A DNA stretch of 64,000 bases from an uncultured delta proteobacterium (GTDB taxonomy: Bacteria; Desulfobacterota; RBG-13-43-22), in contig CAVQSS010000012.1 of NCBI GenBank assembly GCA_963716045.1, positions 66,482 through 130,481 on the forward strand, given 5' to 3'. Of the stretch, positions 42,545-51,264 are shown in pieces. Numbering within the stretch: the stretch's first letter is position 1; each line of letters begins with the position of its first letter. The notes beneath the pieces were generated by a model. It was not told the DNA's origin and ran no database searches. It saw only the letters and a program-made list of their open reading frames with translations. A program made the translations under genes and the position numbers.

Positions 42545-42610
42545 GCTCAATACGATGAGGCTTTACGTGCCTTCTGTTCGTCCCCCGCGAAGGGGAACAT
42601 CGTGTTAGGC
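42545..42610 (+). mobile_element. attC-like recombination site (66 nt)
   Basis: R''-like GCTCAAT (42545-42551) and R' GTTAGGC (42604-42610, fits GTTRRRY). Nt 42545-42557 pair with 42598-42610 (10 WC, 2 G-T, 1 mismatch). Internal hairpins are present. The site lies immediately 3' of an ORF. Confidence 0.4.
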
Positions 42611-42638
42611 AGGGACATAGAATGAAATTCAGGAAGGA

Positions 42639-43304
42639 ATGATTATGGCCATTTTGGATAAGATACTTGGCAAGGAGGTTGCGACTTTTTCATTTGAATT
42701 TGATCCTGACTTCGAGTCCAATTCAACCATGGCCGTAAGAGAAAGTGGTCTTCTTGATCAAGCCTACTATAATTGGGTTTGGAGTCTCTATTACGCCAAG
42801 ACCCTGTACACTCTCGGCAACAGCACGATCTCGGTGGGGCTCAAAGATTGTTTAGATCAATGGGCCGAACGCTTGGCCCCGGGAATGGGCTTTCCCTTAC
42901 AGGTTTCAGAGGAAATGGGTTTATGCACTCTCGACAAGGAGTTGCGCTTAGTCAACGAGCTGCGGAATCCTGATAAGGACGTCTATTTGCTAGGAGTTCT
43001 TCAGAGGCAAAACAAATGGCCTTACATTAAAACATCACAGTCTGGCAAGGCTTATCAAAATAGGTTCGCTTGCTCGGTCATTGGCTTAGGGCAGTATTTC
43101 ATAAATAAGAATACTGACTTCACGAGAGAATTACCATTGCATATCCTCTCGGCAAGGAAGTACTATCGAGAAAACAGACCATTTACCGACATAAAAAGCA
43201 CAACCGAGGCTCCGGCATTTGGCATCAGAGAGTCAATGAAAATCTGGGACCACCTTGGTAAGGAACTGGACGCAATCGAGAAAGAACTGGACGAGAATCG
43301 CTGA
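42639..43304 (+). CDS. Hypothetical protein (cassette-like ORF)
   Basis: 221-aa ORF, lower GC, with no recognisable motif. The second ATG at 42645 is better spaced from the AGGAAGG RBS. Confidence 0.55.
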   Translation: MIMAILDKILGKEVATFSFEFDPDFESNSTMAVRESGLLDQAYYNWVWSLYYAKTLYTLGNSTISVGLKDCLDQWAERLAPGMGFPLQVSEEMGLCTLDKELRLVNELRNPDKDVYLLGVLQRQNKWPYIKTSQSGKAYQNRFACSVIGLGQYFINKNTDFTRELPLHILSARKYYRENRPFTDIKSTTEAPAFGIRESMKIWDHLGKELDAIEKELDENR

Positions 43305-43329
43305 ACGTCGTAGACATACTCAGTATGAT

Positions 43330-43393
43330 GCCTAACGAGACGCCGCACTGGATCGGCAGGAAACGGGGCCTCCCGGTGAACTTTTTGTTGGGT
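43330..43393 (+). mobile_element. attC-like recombination site (64 nt)
   Basis: R'' GCCTAAC (43330-43336, fits RYYYAAC) and R' GTTGGGT (43387-43393, fits GTTRRRY). The terminal 13 nt pair with 8 WC, 4 G-T and 1 mismatch. An inner CACTGG/CCGGTG stem is present. Confidence 0.35.
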
Positions 43394-43461
43394 AACTGCG
43401 ACTTTTCTCCACACTGCCTTTGAGGTTCAGATTATGAAAGATTTTTATTCCGACATATCGA

Positions 43462-43869
43462 ATGTTTAGTAGAAATGCGTTTTCTGAAATGCGAAGAGCG
43501 GGCCTGGGTGTAAGCATATCCTCGGCCAAGCTATCCGCAGCCATGCTCGACGTTCTTCTCCAGCTTCCCGTCGGTTCGATGAACCTGAAGGAGACTGTCG
43601 TCCGGCACCTGGGATTGCTGGGTCAGATGACCCCGGTCAGGGATATCAACCAGGCCTGGAACCAAACAAAGAAAAAGGCCGCTCAACTATATCCGGAAAA
43701 GTTCATTCTTGAGGGCAGAAACACCTTGGCCTGGAACAACGGTACTAAGAGGGTATTAGACAAAGACATCTCGTCGGCCAATCTAAAAAAGCTCAATGAC
43801 TTAGCCGATATAGAAAAGTGTACGGTTAACGCTATGGTAACAAAACTCATAAAGGCCTATAAAGGGTAA
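43462..43869 (+). CDS. Hypothetical protein
   Basis: 135-aa ORF, lower GC. The C-terminal ANLKKLNDLADIEKCTVNAMVTKLIKAYK is vaguely like a ribbon-helix-helix or helical DNA-binding tail. No family recognised. Confidence 0.45.
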   Translation: MFSRNAFSEMRRAGLGVSISSAKLSAAMLDVLLQLPVGSMNLKETVVRHLGLLGQMTPVRDINQAWNQTKKKAAQLYPEKFILEGRNTLAWNNGTKRVLDKDISSANLKKLNDLADIEKCTVNAMVTKLIKAYKG

Positions 43870-43921
43870 AAGAAATGGATCCCAGGGATCATGAAGTACT
43901 CCGGCGTCTCAAGCATTCCAT

Positions 43922-45076
43922 ATGAGCGAGTATCAGTACTACGAATTCCAGGCCGTGGATCGGCCGTTAACGCTGGAGCAGATATCCGTGCTGAGGGCCT
44001 ACTCCTCCCGCGCCCAGATCACGGCGAGCAGCTTCATTGTGGATTACAGCTATGGCGACTTCAATGGCAATCCGGAAAAGTGGCTGGAGCAATATTTTGA
44101 TGCGTTCCTTTACCTCGCCAATTGGGGGACTCACCAGTTTTTGTTGGGATTGCCCCAAAAGCTGATCGACCAGGACACCATAGGGCCCTACTGCGCCGGC
44201 GAAAGCCTTTCCTGTCGTTCGAAAGGGGATAAAGTCATTCTGACTTTTCAGTCCGAGGATGAGGATGGTGAGTGGGCCGAGGGGGAGGGCTGGCTGGCGT
44301 CGCTTTTGCCGATTCGCGCTGATTTGATATCTGGCGATTACAGAGCCCTGTACCTCGGCTGGCTGGGGTCGATTGAATCCGGGGAGATTGATGACGATGG
44401 GTTGGAGCCGCCTGTGCCGGCTGGACTCAGAACCCTTAACGCTTCCCTGGATCGGCTCGCCGATTTCCTGGGTCTCTCCAGGGACCTGATTGCGGCGGCA
44501 ACGGAAGCCAGTCCCGGCGAGCAGGCTTCCGGCTTATCGCAAGAAGAGTTTGGAAATTGGGTTCTAAGCCTACCGAGTCAAGAAAAAGATATGCTCCTCT
44601 TACGTCTGGTCGAGGGGGGCGACCCGCACCTCATGGCTGAGCTTCGGCAGCGAGCCTGGCGCGAGATCCGCGGCGGGGCAAAGCCGGTCAAAGGTCCTCG
44701 CCGGACCGCCGGCCAGATCAGGGCTCGTGCCGATAGTTTGGCCGAGGCGCGCAGAAGATACGAGGCTGAACAGCGCGCCCGGGACAAGGCCAGGCGCGAG
44801 CAAGAGGAGACCGAAAAACGGCAAAAGCACCTTAAGTCCCTCGCCGGCAAGGAGGAAATTCTTTGGGCCAAAGTCGAGGAACTCATTGCCACCAAACAAC
44901 CGAAACGGTACGATGAGGCGGTTTCTCTTCTCCGAGACCTGCGGGATCTCGCCGACCTGCGGGGCCGGAACTCCGATTTTTCATCGTCCCTGAATACAGT
45001 CCTCACTCAACACTTGCGTAAGGGCACCCTGGTGGACAAGGTTCGAAGAGCCAAACTCCTGCCGCAGGATACTTAG
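43922..45076 (+). CDS. Conserved hypothetical protein (MSEYQYYEF...DRPL N-terminus, acidic middle, Arg/Glu-rich coiled-coil tail)
   Basis: 384-aa ORF with core-like GC and protein-like composition. I recall this N-terminal signature from uncharacterised proteins in diverse bacteria but cannot name a family. Confidence 0.6.
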   Translation: MSEYQYYEFQAVDRPLTLEQISVLRAYSSRAQITASSFIVDYSYGDFNGNPEKWLEQYFDAFLYLANWGTHQFLLGLPQKLIDQDTIGPYCAGESLSCRSKGDKVILTFQSEDEDGEWAEGEGWLASLLPIRADLISGDYRALYLGWLGSIESGEIDDDGLEPPVPAGLRTLNASLDRLADFLGLSRDLIAAATEASPGEQASGLSQEEFGNWVLSLPSQEKDMLLLRLVEGGDPHLMAELRQRAWREIRGGAKPVKGPRRTAGQIRARADSLAEARRRYEAEQRARDKARREQEETEKRQKHLKSLAGKEEILWAKVEELIATKQPKRYDEAVSLLRDLRDLADLRGRNSDFSSSLNTVLTQHLRKGTLVDKVRRAKLLPQDT

Positions 45077-45102
45077 ATTAGTTTTAGTTACAGAGGACGA
45101 TC

Positions 45103-46074
45103 ATGAAACTTAAACTATCAGCCATCGGTCTCGGGGCCTTGCTTTTCATCTTGCTGGTTCAGGGATTACCCGAAAGCGCCAATAATAAACCAATGCGCAT
45201 CGCCTATCTGCAGAACGACATCCATCACCTGCCCTGCTGGGTGGCCCTGGAAAAAGGGTTGTACGCCCGGGAAGGGCTGGAGGTGCAGGTGGCCGGGGTC
45301 TTCAAGGCGGGGCCGGAACTCATGAGCGCCTTTGCCGCCGGGGCCCTGGATGCGGGCTACGTTGGGGAAGCCCCGGCTACTACGGCGGTGGCCAACAAAA
45401 CCGCCAAAGTGGTGGTCCTGGCCCAGGTCAACGTCGAGGGCTCGGCCCTGGTGGTAAAAAAGGATTCTCCGATCCAAAAGGTGACAGACCTGGCGGGGAA
45501 AAGCGTGGCCATTCCCGGACACGCTACGGTCCAGGATTTTCTATTTAAAAAAGCATTAATAAATAACAAAATAGATCCAAAGTCGGTCAAGACCCTGGTG
45601 ATCAAGCCCCCGGAAATGATCGGGGCCTTGCGAACCGACCAGGTGGAGGCCTTTATCGCCTGGGAACCCTTCCCGGCCAAAGCCCAGACTATGGAAGTGG
45701 GCCGGGTGCTGGCATATTCCCGGGACATCTGGAAGGACCATCCCTGCTGCGTGCTGGCGGTGGAGGCCAAGTTCCTGGAGGCCCAGCCCGACTCGGCCAA
45801 AAAACTGGTCCGGGCCCATGTGAAGGCCACGGATTTTATTCGACAGAACCCGGAGGAAGCCGTCAAAGTCGGGGTCAAGTACACCGGTCTGGATGAGAAA
45901 ACCGTGGCCTTGGCTTTGAAAAATGTCCGCTACACCTATCATCTTAGTGTGGAAGGGGAAAAAGAATACGTGGAGTTCCTCTCGCAGATGAAATACATCA
46001 AGGTGGAGAACCCCCAGGCCTTCATCCGGGAATTTTTAAACCTGGAGATCCTGGCTGAAGTTTTGAAGAGGTAG
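45103..46074 (+). CDS. ABC transporter substrate-binding protein (NitT/TauT, NMT1/SsuA-like)
   Basis: Signal peptide plus an SsuA/NMT1-like pattern (IAYLQNDIHHLPCWVALEKGLY...GALDAGYVGEAP...FIAWEPF). Confidence 0.75.
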   Translation: MKLKLSAIGLGALLFILLVQGLPESANNKPMRIAYLQNDIHHLPCWVALEKGLYAREGLEVQVAGVFKAGPELMSAFAAGALDAGYVGEAPATTAVANKTAKVVVLAQVNVEGSALVVKKDSPIQKVTDLAGKSVAIPGHATVQDFLFKKALINNKIDPKSVKTLVIKPPEMIGALRTDQVEAFIAWEPFPAKAQTMEVGRVLAYSRDIWKDHPCCVLAVEAKFLEAQPDSAKKLVRAHVKATDFIRQNPEEAVKVGVKYTGLDEKTVALALKNVRYTYHLSVEGEKEYVEFLSQMKYIKVENPQAFIREFLNLEILAEVLKR

Positions 46075-46099
46075 CCTATTGAAAAGGGCATAGGCCCCC

Positions 46100-46306
46100 T
46101 CACCTCAGCCCTCTCCCCCGGGGGGGAGAGGGAGCCCAAGGGAACGGCCCAAGCCCTTTGACTTCCCCTCCCCGTGGGAGGGGACTTCGACGTGAGCCCT
46201 TCGGCTGTGAGCTCAGGGCCGAACCGCTCAGTCGAACGTTTGAGGGGTGGGGGAACTCGTGATTTTCATCCTTCGAGGTTGGGCGTTCGATGTTCAATGT
46301 TCGTTT
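46100..46306. repeat. Cluster of repeat units inside the SBP-permease spacer
   Basis: The cluster contains the CCCTCTCCCC-N4-GGGGAGAGGG hairpin (46109-46133), the ggggacttcgacgtgagccc..gagctcagggccgaaccgctcagtcgaacgtt family (46180-46240) and a cgttcgatgttcaatgttcg unit (46274-46306). A further CCCTCCCC/GGGGAGAGGG hairpin lies at 46466-46490. Confidence 0.8.
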
Positions 46307-46539
46307 AGCTTCCGTAGGTCAGGGTGGCCGACGTAGGAGGTCTCCCTGACAACTTGGATTCCACAATTAAAGCTTTGTCAGGTAGCTCCCGTTGGTCGCA
46401 ACCTGACCTACGTGGATTTATATATTCATCCTTCGAAATGGGGGCTTTTTCATCTCGTACTCCGCCCTCCCCCCAAGGGGAGAGGGAGTTTCCCCCATTC
46501 GGATTCAAAGATGGGTTGGCTATTACGAGTTTCGACGTT

Positions 46540-47295
46540 ATGAAATATGAAAAATTTCTATTACCCCTGGGGTTGGTCGTTCTCTGGCAATTGGTCTCAA
46601 TGCTGGAGATCGTCCCCCGGTTCAAGCTCCCCGCTCCCCTGGAAATTCTGGCCGGTTTAAAGGAACTCATCCAGGAGGGCATGCCTCCCGGTTACTTGCT
46701 GCATAAACACCTGTTTTATAGTCTATACCGTGTCGGTCTGGGTTACCTGGCCGCCGTGGTACTCGCCGTTCCTCTGGGACTGGTCATGGGCTGGTCCGAA
46801 AAGGTCAGGGGACTGGTCAGGCCGGTTATCGAAATAATTCGGCCCATCCCCCCTTTGGCCTGGATTCCCATTGCCATTCTCTGGTTTGGCATCGGCATCC
46901 AGGCCGCGGCCTTTATCATTTTCTTAGGCGCCTTTTTCCCCATTCTCTTGAATACCATTTCCGGGGTGTTGTCCATCAATCCTACCTTGGTGGAGGCCGC
47001 CCGGACCTTGCAGGCCAGGGAGCGGAATATCTTTCTCCAGGTGCTCCTGCCCGGCTCCGTCCCCTCTATCTTTGTGGGGTTGCGGATCGGCATCGGGATC
47101 GGCTGGATGACTTTGGTGGCCGCGGAGTTTGCCGGTGTCCGGGAGGGCTACGGGTTGGGGTACATGATCATGACCGCCCGGGACATCCAGCGGCCGGATG
47201 AGATTCTGGCCGGCATGCTGGTGATCGGGGTGATCGGGCTGCTGATTGATGTGGGCCTCCGGCAGCTTGAGAAAAAAATGATTCCCTGGAAGTGA
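46540..47295 (+). CDS. ABC transporter permease (NitT/TauT family)
   Basis: Six-TM BPD-transporter pattern with an EAA loop (VEAARTLQARERNIFLQVLLPGSVPSIFVGLRIGIG). The likely start is MKYEKFLLPLG at 46540. The track ORF from 46324 runs through repeat sequence. Confidence 0.85.
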   Translation: MKYEKFLLPLGLVVLWQLVSMLEIVPRFKLPAPLEILAGLKELIQEGMPPGYLLHKHLFYSLYRVGLGYLAAVVLAVPLGLVMGWSEKVRGLVRPVIEIIRPIPPLAWIPIAILWFGIGIQAAAFIIFLGAFFPILLNTISGVLSINPTLVEAARTLQARERNIFLQVLLPGSVPSIFVGLRIGIGIGWMTLVAAEFAGVREGYGLGYMIMTARDIQRPDEILAGMLVIGVIGLLIDVGLRQLEKKMIPWK

Positions 47296-48062
47296 GGGAT
47301 CTATCGTTGTCCTTAGAGCTGATTAAACTCACCAAAACGTATCCTGGGAAGAACCCGGGGGAAACCATCCCGGTATTCCAGGACCTCACCTGCTGTTTTG
47401 AGTCCGGCCAGTTTATTTCTTTTATTGGTTCCAGCGGCTGCGGGAAGACGACCCTGTTGAAGATATTGTCCGGCCTGGAAAAAGCCACTTCGGGAAAGGT
47501 CGTGCTCAATGATCGGGAACTTCTTCCCGGAACAGAGGGCATCGGTTTGGTCTTTCAGGAATACGCCCTTTTCCCCTGGAGAACCACGATAGAGAATATC
47601 CAATTCGGTTTGGAGATGCAGGGTATCGGGAGAGCGGACCGGGAAAGAATGGCCGGGAAGTACCTGTCCATCTTCGGTCTTTCCGGTTTTGAACACCATT
47701 ATCCGCGGGAGTTGTCCGGCGGCATGCAGCAGCGGGTGGCCATTGCCCGGACCCTGATTATGAATCCGCGGGTGGTCCTTATGGACGAACCCTTCGCTTC
47801 CCTGGACAGCCAGACTCGGAACGACCTGCAGGAATTCCTCCTGTCTATCTGGCAAAAAAGGGGGGAGACGATCCTTTTTGTCACCCACAACGTGGATGAG
47901 GCGGTTTTTTTAAGCGATCAGATCGTGGTACTGTCTCCCCGTCCGGCCCGGATTGAGGCCATTCTAAAGGTGGAATCCCGGAGGCCGAGGGATCGAACCG
48001 ATCCGGAATTCAACACCCTGCGCCGGACCATCCTTAAACTGCTCAAAGACCAAAGAAAATAG
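47292..48062 (+). CDS. ABC transporter ATP-binding protein (SsuB/TauB-like)
   Basis: Walker A GSSGCGKTT, signature LSGGMQQR, Walker B VVLMDEP. The GTG start overlaps the permease stop. Confidence 0.9.
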   Translation: MRDLSLSLELIKLTKTYPGKNPGETIPVFQDLTCCFESGQFISFIGSSGCGKTTLLKILSGLEKATSGKVVLNDRELLPGTEGIGLVFQEYALFPWRTTIENIQFGLEMQGIGRADRERMAGKYLSIFGLSGFEHHYPRELSGGMQQRVAIARTLIMNPRVVLMDEPFASLDSQTRNDLQEFLLSIWQKRGETILFVTHNVDEAVFLSDQIVVLSPRPARIEAILKVESRRPRDRTDPEFNTLRRTILKLLKDQRK

Positions 48063-48066
48063 TACC

Positions 48067-49584
48067 ATGGCCACCAAGCATCTGGTTACCGAACTGCAAA
48101 GTCTGGGGCTGCGGATCCAGGAGGGGCTCCTCCAGCGAAATGGTGGGGCCGGTCCCGCTGAAGGGGGGATCCTCGTTATCCACGGGCAGGCGGTTTCGAT
48201 TCCGGTCAGCGGACATTACGTCCCTCATTCTCCGTATACCTTGAAGCGCACTAAAAATCGATACCGGATCTACAAAAATGGAGAATGCAGGAGTACGGTA
48301 GAACTGGTCCCTCGCCCGGCATTTTATGAGCTCCAAACTTCGGAAGGGGTCTCCTATAAGAAAATCGCTTTGCTCCACGGCCGGGATTGCCTGGCCACGA
48401 CGGTGTTGCAGACCTGCAACCACTGGCAATCCCACCGGCAGTGCCGTTTTTGTGGAATAGAGGTTTCTCTTCGGAACCAATCCACACTCCCGGTAAAAAC
48501 TCCGGAGCAGTTGGCCGCAGTGGCCTGGAAGGCGAAAGAATTGGATGGGATCCGGCAGGTGGTCCTTACCACCGGAGCGGATGCTTCCCCGGGAAATGAG
48601 ATCCAATACCTTGCCCGCTGCGCCGCCACCATCAAGCAGGCCACCGGCTTGCCCATCCACGCGCAATGCCTGCCCCCGGCATCCTCCATCGGGTTGGCTC
48701 CTTTACAGGAGGCGGGAGTGAATACGATCGGTCTCCATATTGAAAGTTTTGACCGGGAGATCCTGGCACGGATGGCCCCGGCCAAAGCGGCTATCGGTCT
48801 GCCGAAGTATGAACAATCCTGGAAGGAGGCGGTGGAGCTCTTCGGCGCTAACCAGGTCAGCAGTTTTCTGATCGTCGGTCTGGGTGAGAAGCAGGATTCG
48901 ATCATCCAGGGCAGTAAACGGTTGGCCGATCTGGGGGTTTTTCCTTTTGTGGTTCCTCTCCGTCCAATCCCCGGATCAGCAATGGAAAAAGCTACGCCTC
49001 CGGATCACGGGATCATGTCGGAAATCTACGAAAAGGTGGCCGAGATTTTAAGCAGAAAAGGGCTCTCCTCCGGGCGGAGTCTGGCCGGATGTGTCCGTTG
49101 CGGGGCCTGTTCGGCATTGTCTTTTTACGAACAGCCGGTCGAACGGATTATTTGCCATTCGTCCCGTACTCAGCAGGAGTTGAACCGGGCAGCGGAAATC
49201 CGACATCAGGTGTTTGTGAACGAGCAAGGTCTGTTCCAGGGGACGGATACCGATGAGAACGACCGGAAAAGCACCCATCTGGTCGCAGAGCTGGACGGGC
49301 AAATCATTGGTACGGTGCGGGTCTTCCCAATGAATGACAATGGCCATTGGATCGGTGGGAGGTTGGCCATTCAAAAGGAATGCCGGGGTTCGGGGGCCGG
49401 CGAACTTTTGGTGAAAGAAGCCATGCGCTTTGTGAAAAAAAAAGGCTGCGCTACCTTTACCGCCCGGATCCAGGAAGAAAACATCCCCTTCTTTGTCCAG
49501 TTCGGCTGGAGGCCCTTAGGCGGTCTTCATGAATACCGCGGGCGGATTCATCAGCAGATGAAGGCGGATTTGTCGGCTGTTTGA
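48067..49584 (+). CDS. Radical-SAM domain fused to a C-terminal GNAT N-acetyltransferase domain (MSMEG_0568/0567, sll0787-like architecture)
   Basis: A Cys cluster CNHWQSHRQCRFC lies upstream of a TIM-barrel-like rSAM core (VVLTTGAD.., GLHIESFD..). The GNAT motif A is RLAIQKECRGSGAGELLVKEA. 505 aa. Confidence 0.7.
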   Translation: MATKHLVTELQSLGLRIQEGLLQRNGGAGPAEGGILVIHGQAVSIPVSGHYVPHSPYTLKRTKNRYRIYKNGECRSTVELVPRPAFYELQTSEGVSYKKIALLHGRDCLATTVLQTCNHWQSHRQCRFCGIEVSLRNQSTLPVKTPEQLAAVAWKAKELDGIRQVVLTTGADASPGNEIQYLARCAATIKQATGLPIHAQCLPPASSIGLAPLQEAGVNTIGLHIESFDREILARMAPAKAAIGLPKYEQSWKEAVELFGANQVSSFLIVGLGEKQDSIIQGSKRLADLGVFPFVVPLRPIPGSAMEKATPPDHGIMSEIYEKVAEILSRKGLSSGRSLAGCVRCGACSALSFYEQPVERIICHSSRTQQELNRAAEIRHQVFVNEQGLFQGTDTDENDRKSTHLVAELDGQIIGTVRVFPMNDNGHWIGGRLAIQKECRGSGAGELLVKEAMRFVKKKGCATFTARIQEENIPFFVQFGWRPLGGLHEYRGRIHQQMKADLSAV

Positions 49585-49599
49585 CTGAGCCGAGGTAAC

Positions 49600-50010
49600 T
49601 TAAGGATTGTCCAGATCAAAATAAGCGCTTTGTTCCTTCGACAATTGGGTTTTATCCACCTGAAAAAGTTCGATGAGCACGTTGTCGGGCCCCAGGACCG
49701 TGGTATATTTCCAAAATCCAAAATCCGTTATACCCTTTTTCAAAAGCACCCCTCCGGCAGTGAGTTTTCTGACCATCTCCTCCAGGTTATCGGTTTGAAT
49801 ACCTATGTGGTGGATATTCCCCCGGACCGGATTCTTAGGGGCCTGGTCATAGAAGTGAAGCCGCCCCCGACCGATGCTCAGGAAAACATTCCGGGAACCG
49901 GCCATTCCCAGGTCCATCACCACCCGGCCGTCAAAATGTTCCATATAAAATTGGATGCTTTTGTTTATGTCCGAAGCAAATAAATGGGTGTGGTGTAGAT
50001 GACAAGTCAT
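49600..50010 (-). CDS. VOC/glyoxalase-family protein
   Basis: HHTHLFASDINKSIQFY...HHIGIQTDNLEEMV...LIELFQ pattern. The ATG at 50010 has a GAGGAGG RBS. The longer track ORF to 50163 is unlikely. Confidence 0.75.
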   Translation of the reverse strand: MTCHLHHTHLFASDINKSIQFYMEHFDGRVVMDLGMAGSRNVFLSIGRGRLHFYDQAPKNPVRGNIHHIGIQTDNLEEMVRKLTAGGVLLKKGITDFGFWKYTTVLGPDNVLIELFQVDKTQLSKEQSAYFDLDNP

Positions 50011-50241
50011 TCGATACCTCCTCTGCCCAATATAAGTACCGCCTATTGATTGAATGTACCAAGCCGACCGGATCCCTGTCAAAGGGTTTATTCTTACCCA
50101 GGAGGAAGGGAAGCAGTGGCTTGCAGTCTGGCTGCTCAAACAAGTCGGCAAAAGGGGTCGCAAAAAATAATTTGATAAATAATCAATCCAATGATAATAA
50201 TTCTCAAACTAGTAAAGGCTGATTAGTAGAAGGGCATTCAT

Positions 50242-51228
50242 TTGAAAAAAGTGTGCATTCAGGGAACAGGATCCTTCATTCCGGAACGGATAGTCCCCAA
50301 TTCCTATTTTGAAAGCCTGGTAAATACCTCCAACGAATGGATTGTCAGTCGCACTGGAATTAAAGAACGAAGGATGGTTCTGCCGGGGCAGGCCCTGAGC
50401 GATCTCGTGGTCCCGGCGGCGGAAAAGGCCCTGGAAATGGCGGACCTGTCCCCGGGGGACCTGGATCTGATCATCGTCGGGACCTCCACGGCCGATATGC
50501 CGACCCCTTCCGAAGGGTGCATGATTCAGCACCGCATCGGGGCTAAAAACGCGGTGGCTTTCGATGTCAATGCCGCCTGCCCAGGGTTTATTTATGGCCT
50601 GGCGGTGGCCCAAAAATTCATGCAGGACGACTCTCATCGGCATGTCTTACTGGTGGGGGGGGAGATCGTAACGCACCGGACCGATTTTCAGGATCGAAAT
50701 ACCTGCGTGCTTTTCGGGGACGGGGCCGGGGCGGTCGTTCTGGGCCAGCAAACCCGAAAAGGGGAGGGGGAAATCCTTTCCACCCGGATCTATTCCGATG
50801 GCGACCTTTGGGGACTCCTGAATGTCCCCGGCGGTGGCTCCCTTAACCCCCCCACCCATGAGATGATCGACCAACGCCTTCAATACATTAAGATGAAGGG
50901 CAATGAGGTTTTCAAACATGCCGTCCGTTCCATGGTGGAGGCCTCAATAGCCGTCCTGGAAGAAGGTGGAATCTCCGATCGGCAGATCGATTGGTTCATC
51001 CCCCACCAGGCCAATATCCGGATCATCGAGTCTGTGGCCAAGCTGATGGAGGTCCCCATGGAAAAAGTGATCCTGACCGTTCACAAGTACGGCAACACCT
51101 CGGCGGCTACCATTCCCACGGCCCTGGATGAAGCCGTCCGTTCCGGACAAATCAAACGCGGCGACCTGGTCCTGACCGCCTCTTTCGGGGCCGGCTTTAC
51201 CTGGGGGGCCTCCCTTTTTCGTTTTTAA
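50242..51228 (+). CDS. fabH: 3-oxoacyl-ACP synthase III
   Basis: Active-site context NAACPGFIYGL, plus HQANIRI and GNTSAATIP motifs. 328 aa. TTG start. Confidence 0.9.
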   Translation: MKKVCIQGTGSFIPERIVPNSYFESLVNTSNEWIVSRTGIKERRMVLPGQALSDLVVPAAEKALEMADLSPGDLDLIIVGTSTADMPTPSEGCMIQHRIGAKNAVAFDVNAACPGFIYGLAVAQKFMQDDSHRHVLLVGGEIVTHRTDFQDRNTCVLFGDGAGAVVLGQQTRKGEGEILSTRIYSDGDLWGLLNVPGGGSLNPPTHEMIDQRLQYIKMKGNEVFKHAVRSMVEASIAVLEEGGISDRQIDWFIPHQANIRIIESVAKLMEVPMEKVILTVHKYGNTSAATIPTALDEAVRSGQIKRGDLVLTASFGAGFTWGASLFRF

Positions 51229-51264
51229 CGGAATCTTCTTTCACCCATAAAGAAAGGGGAAAAC

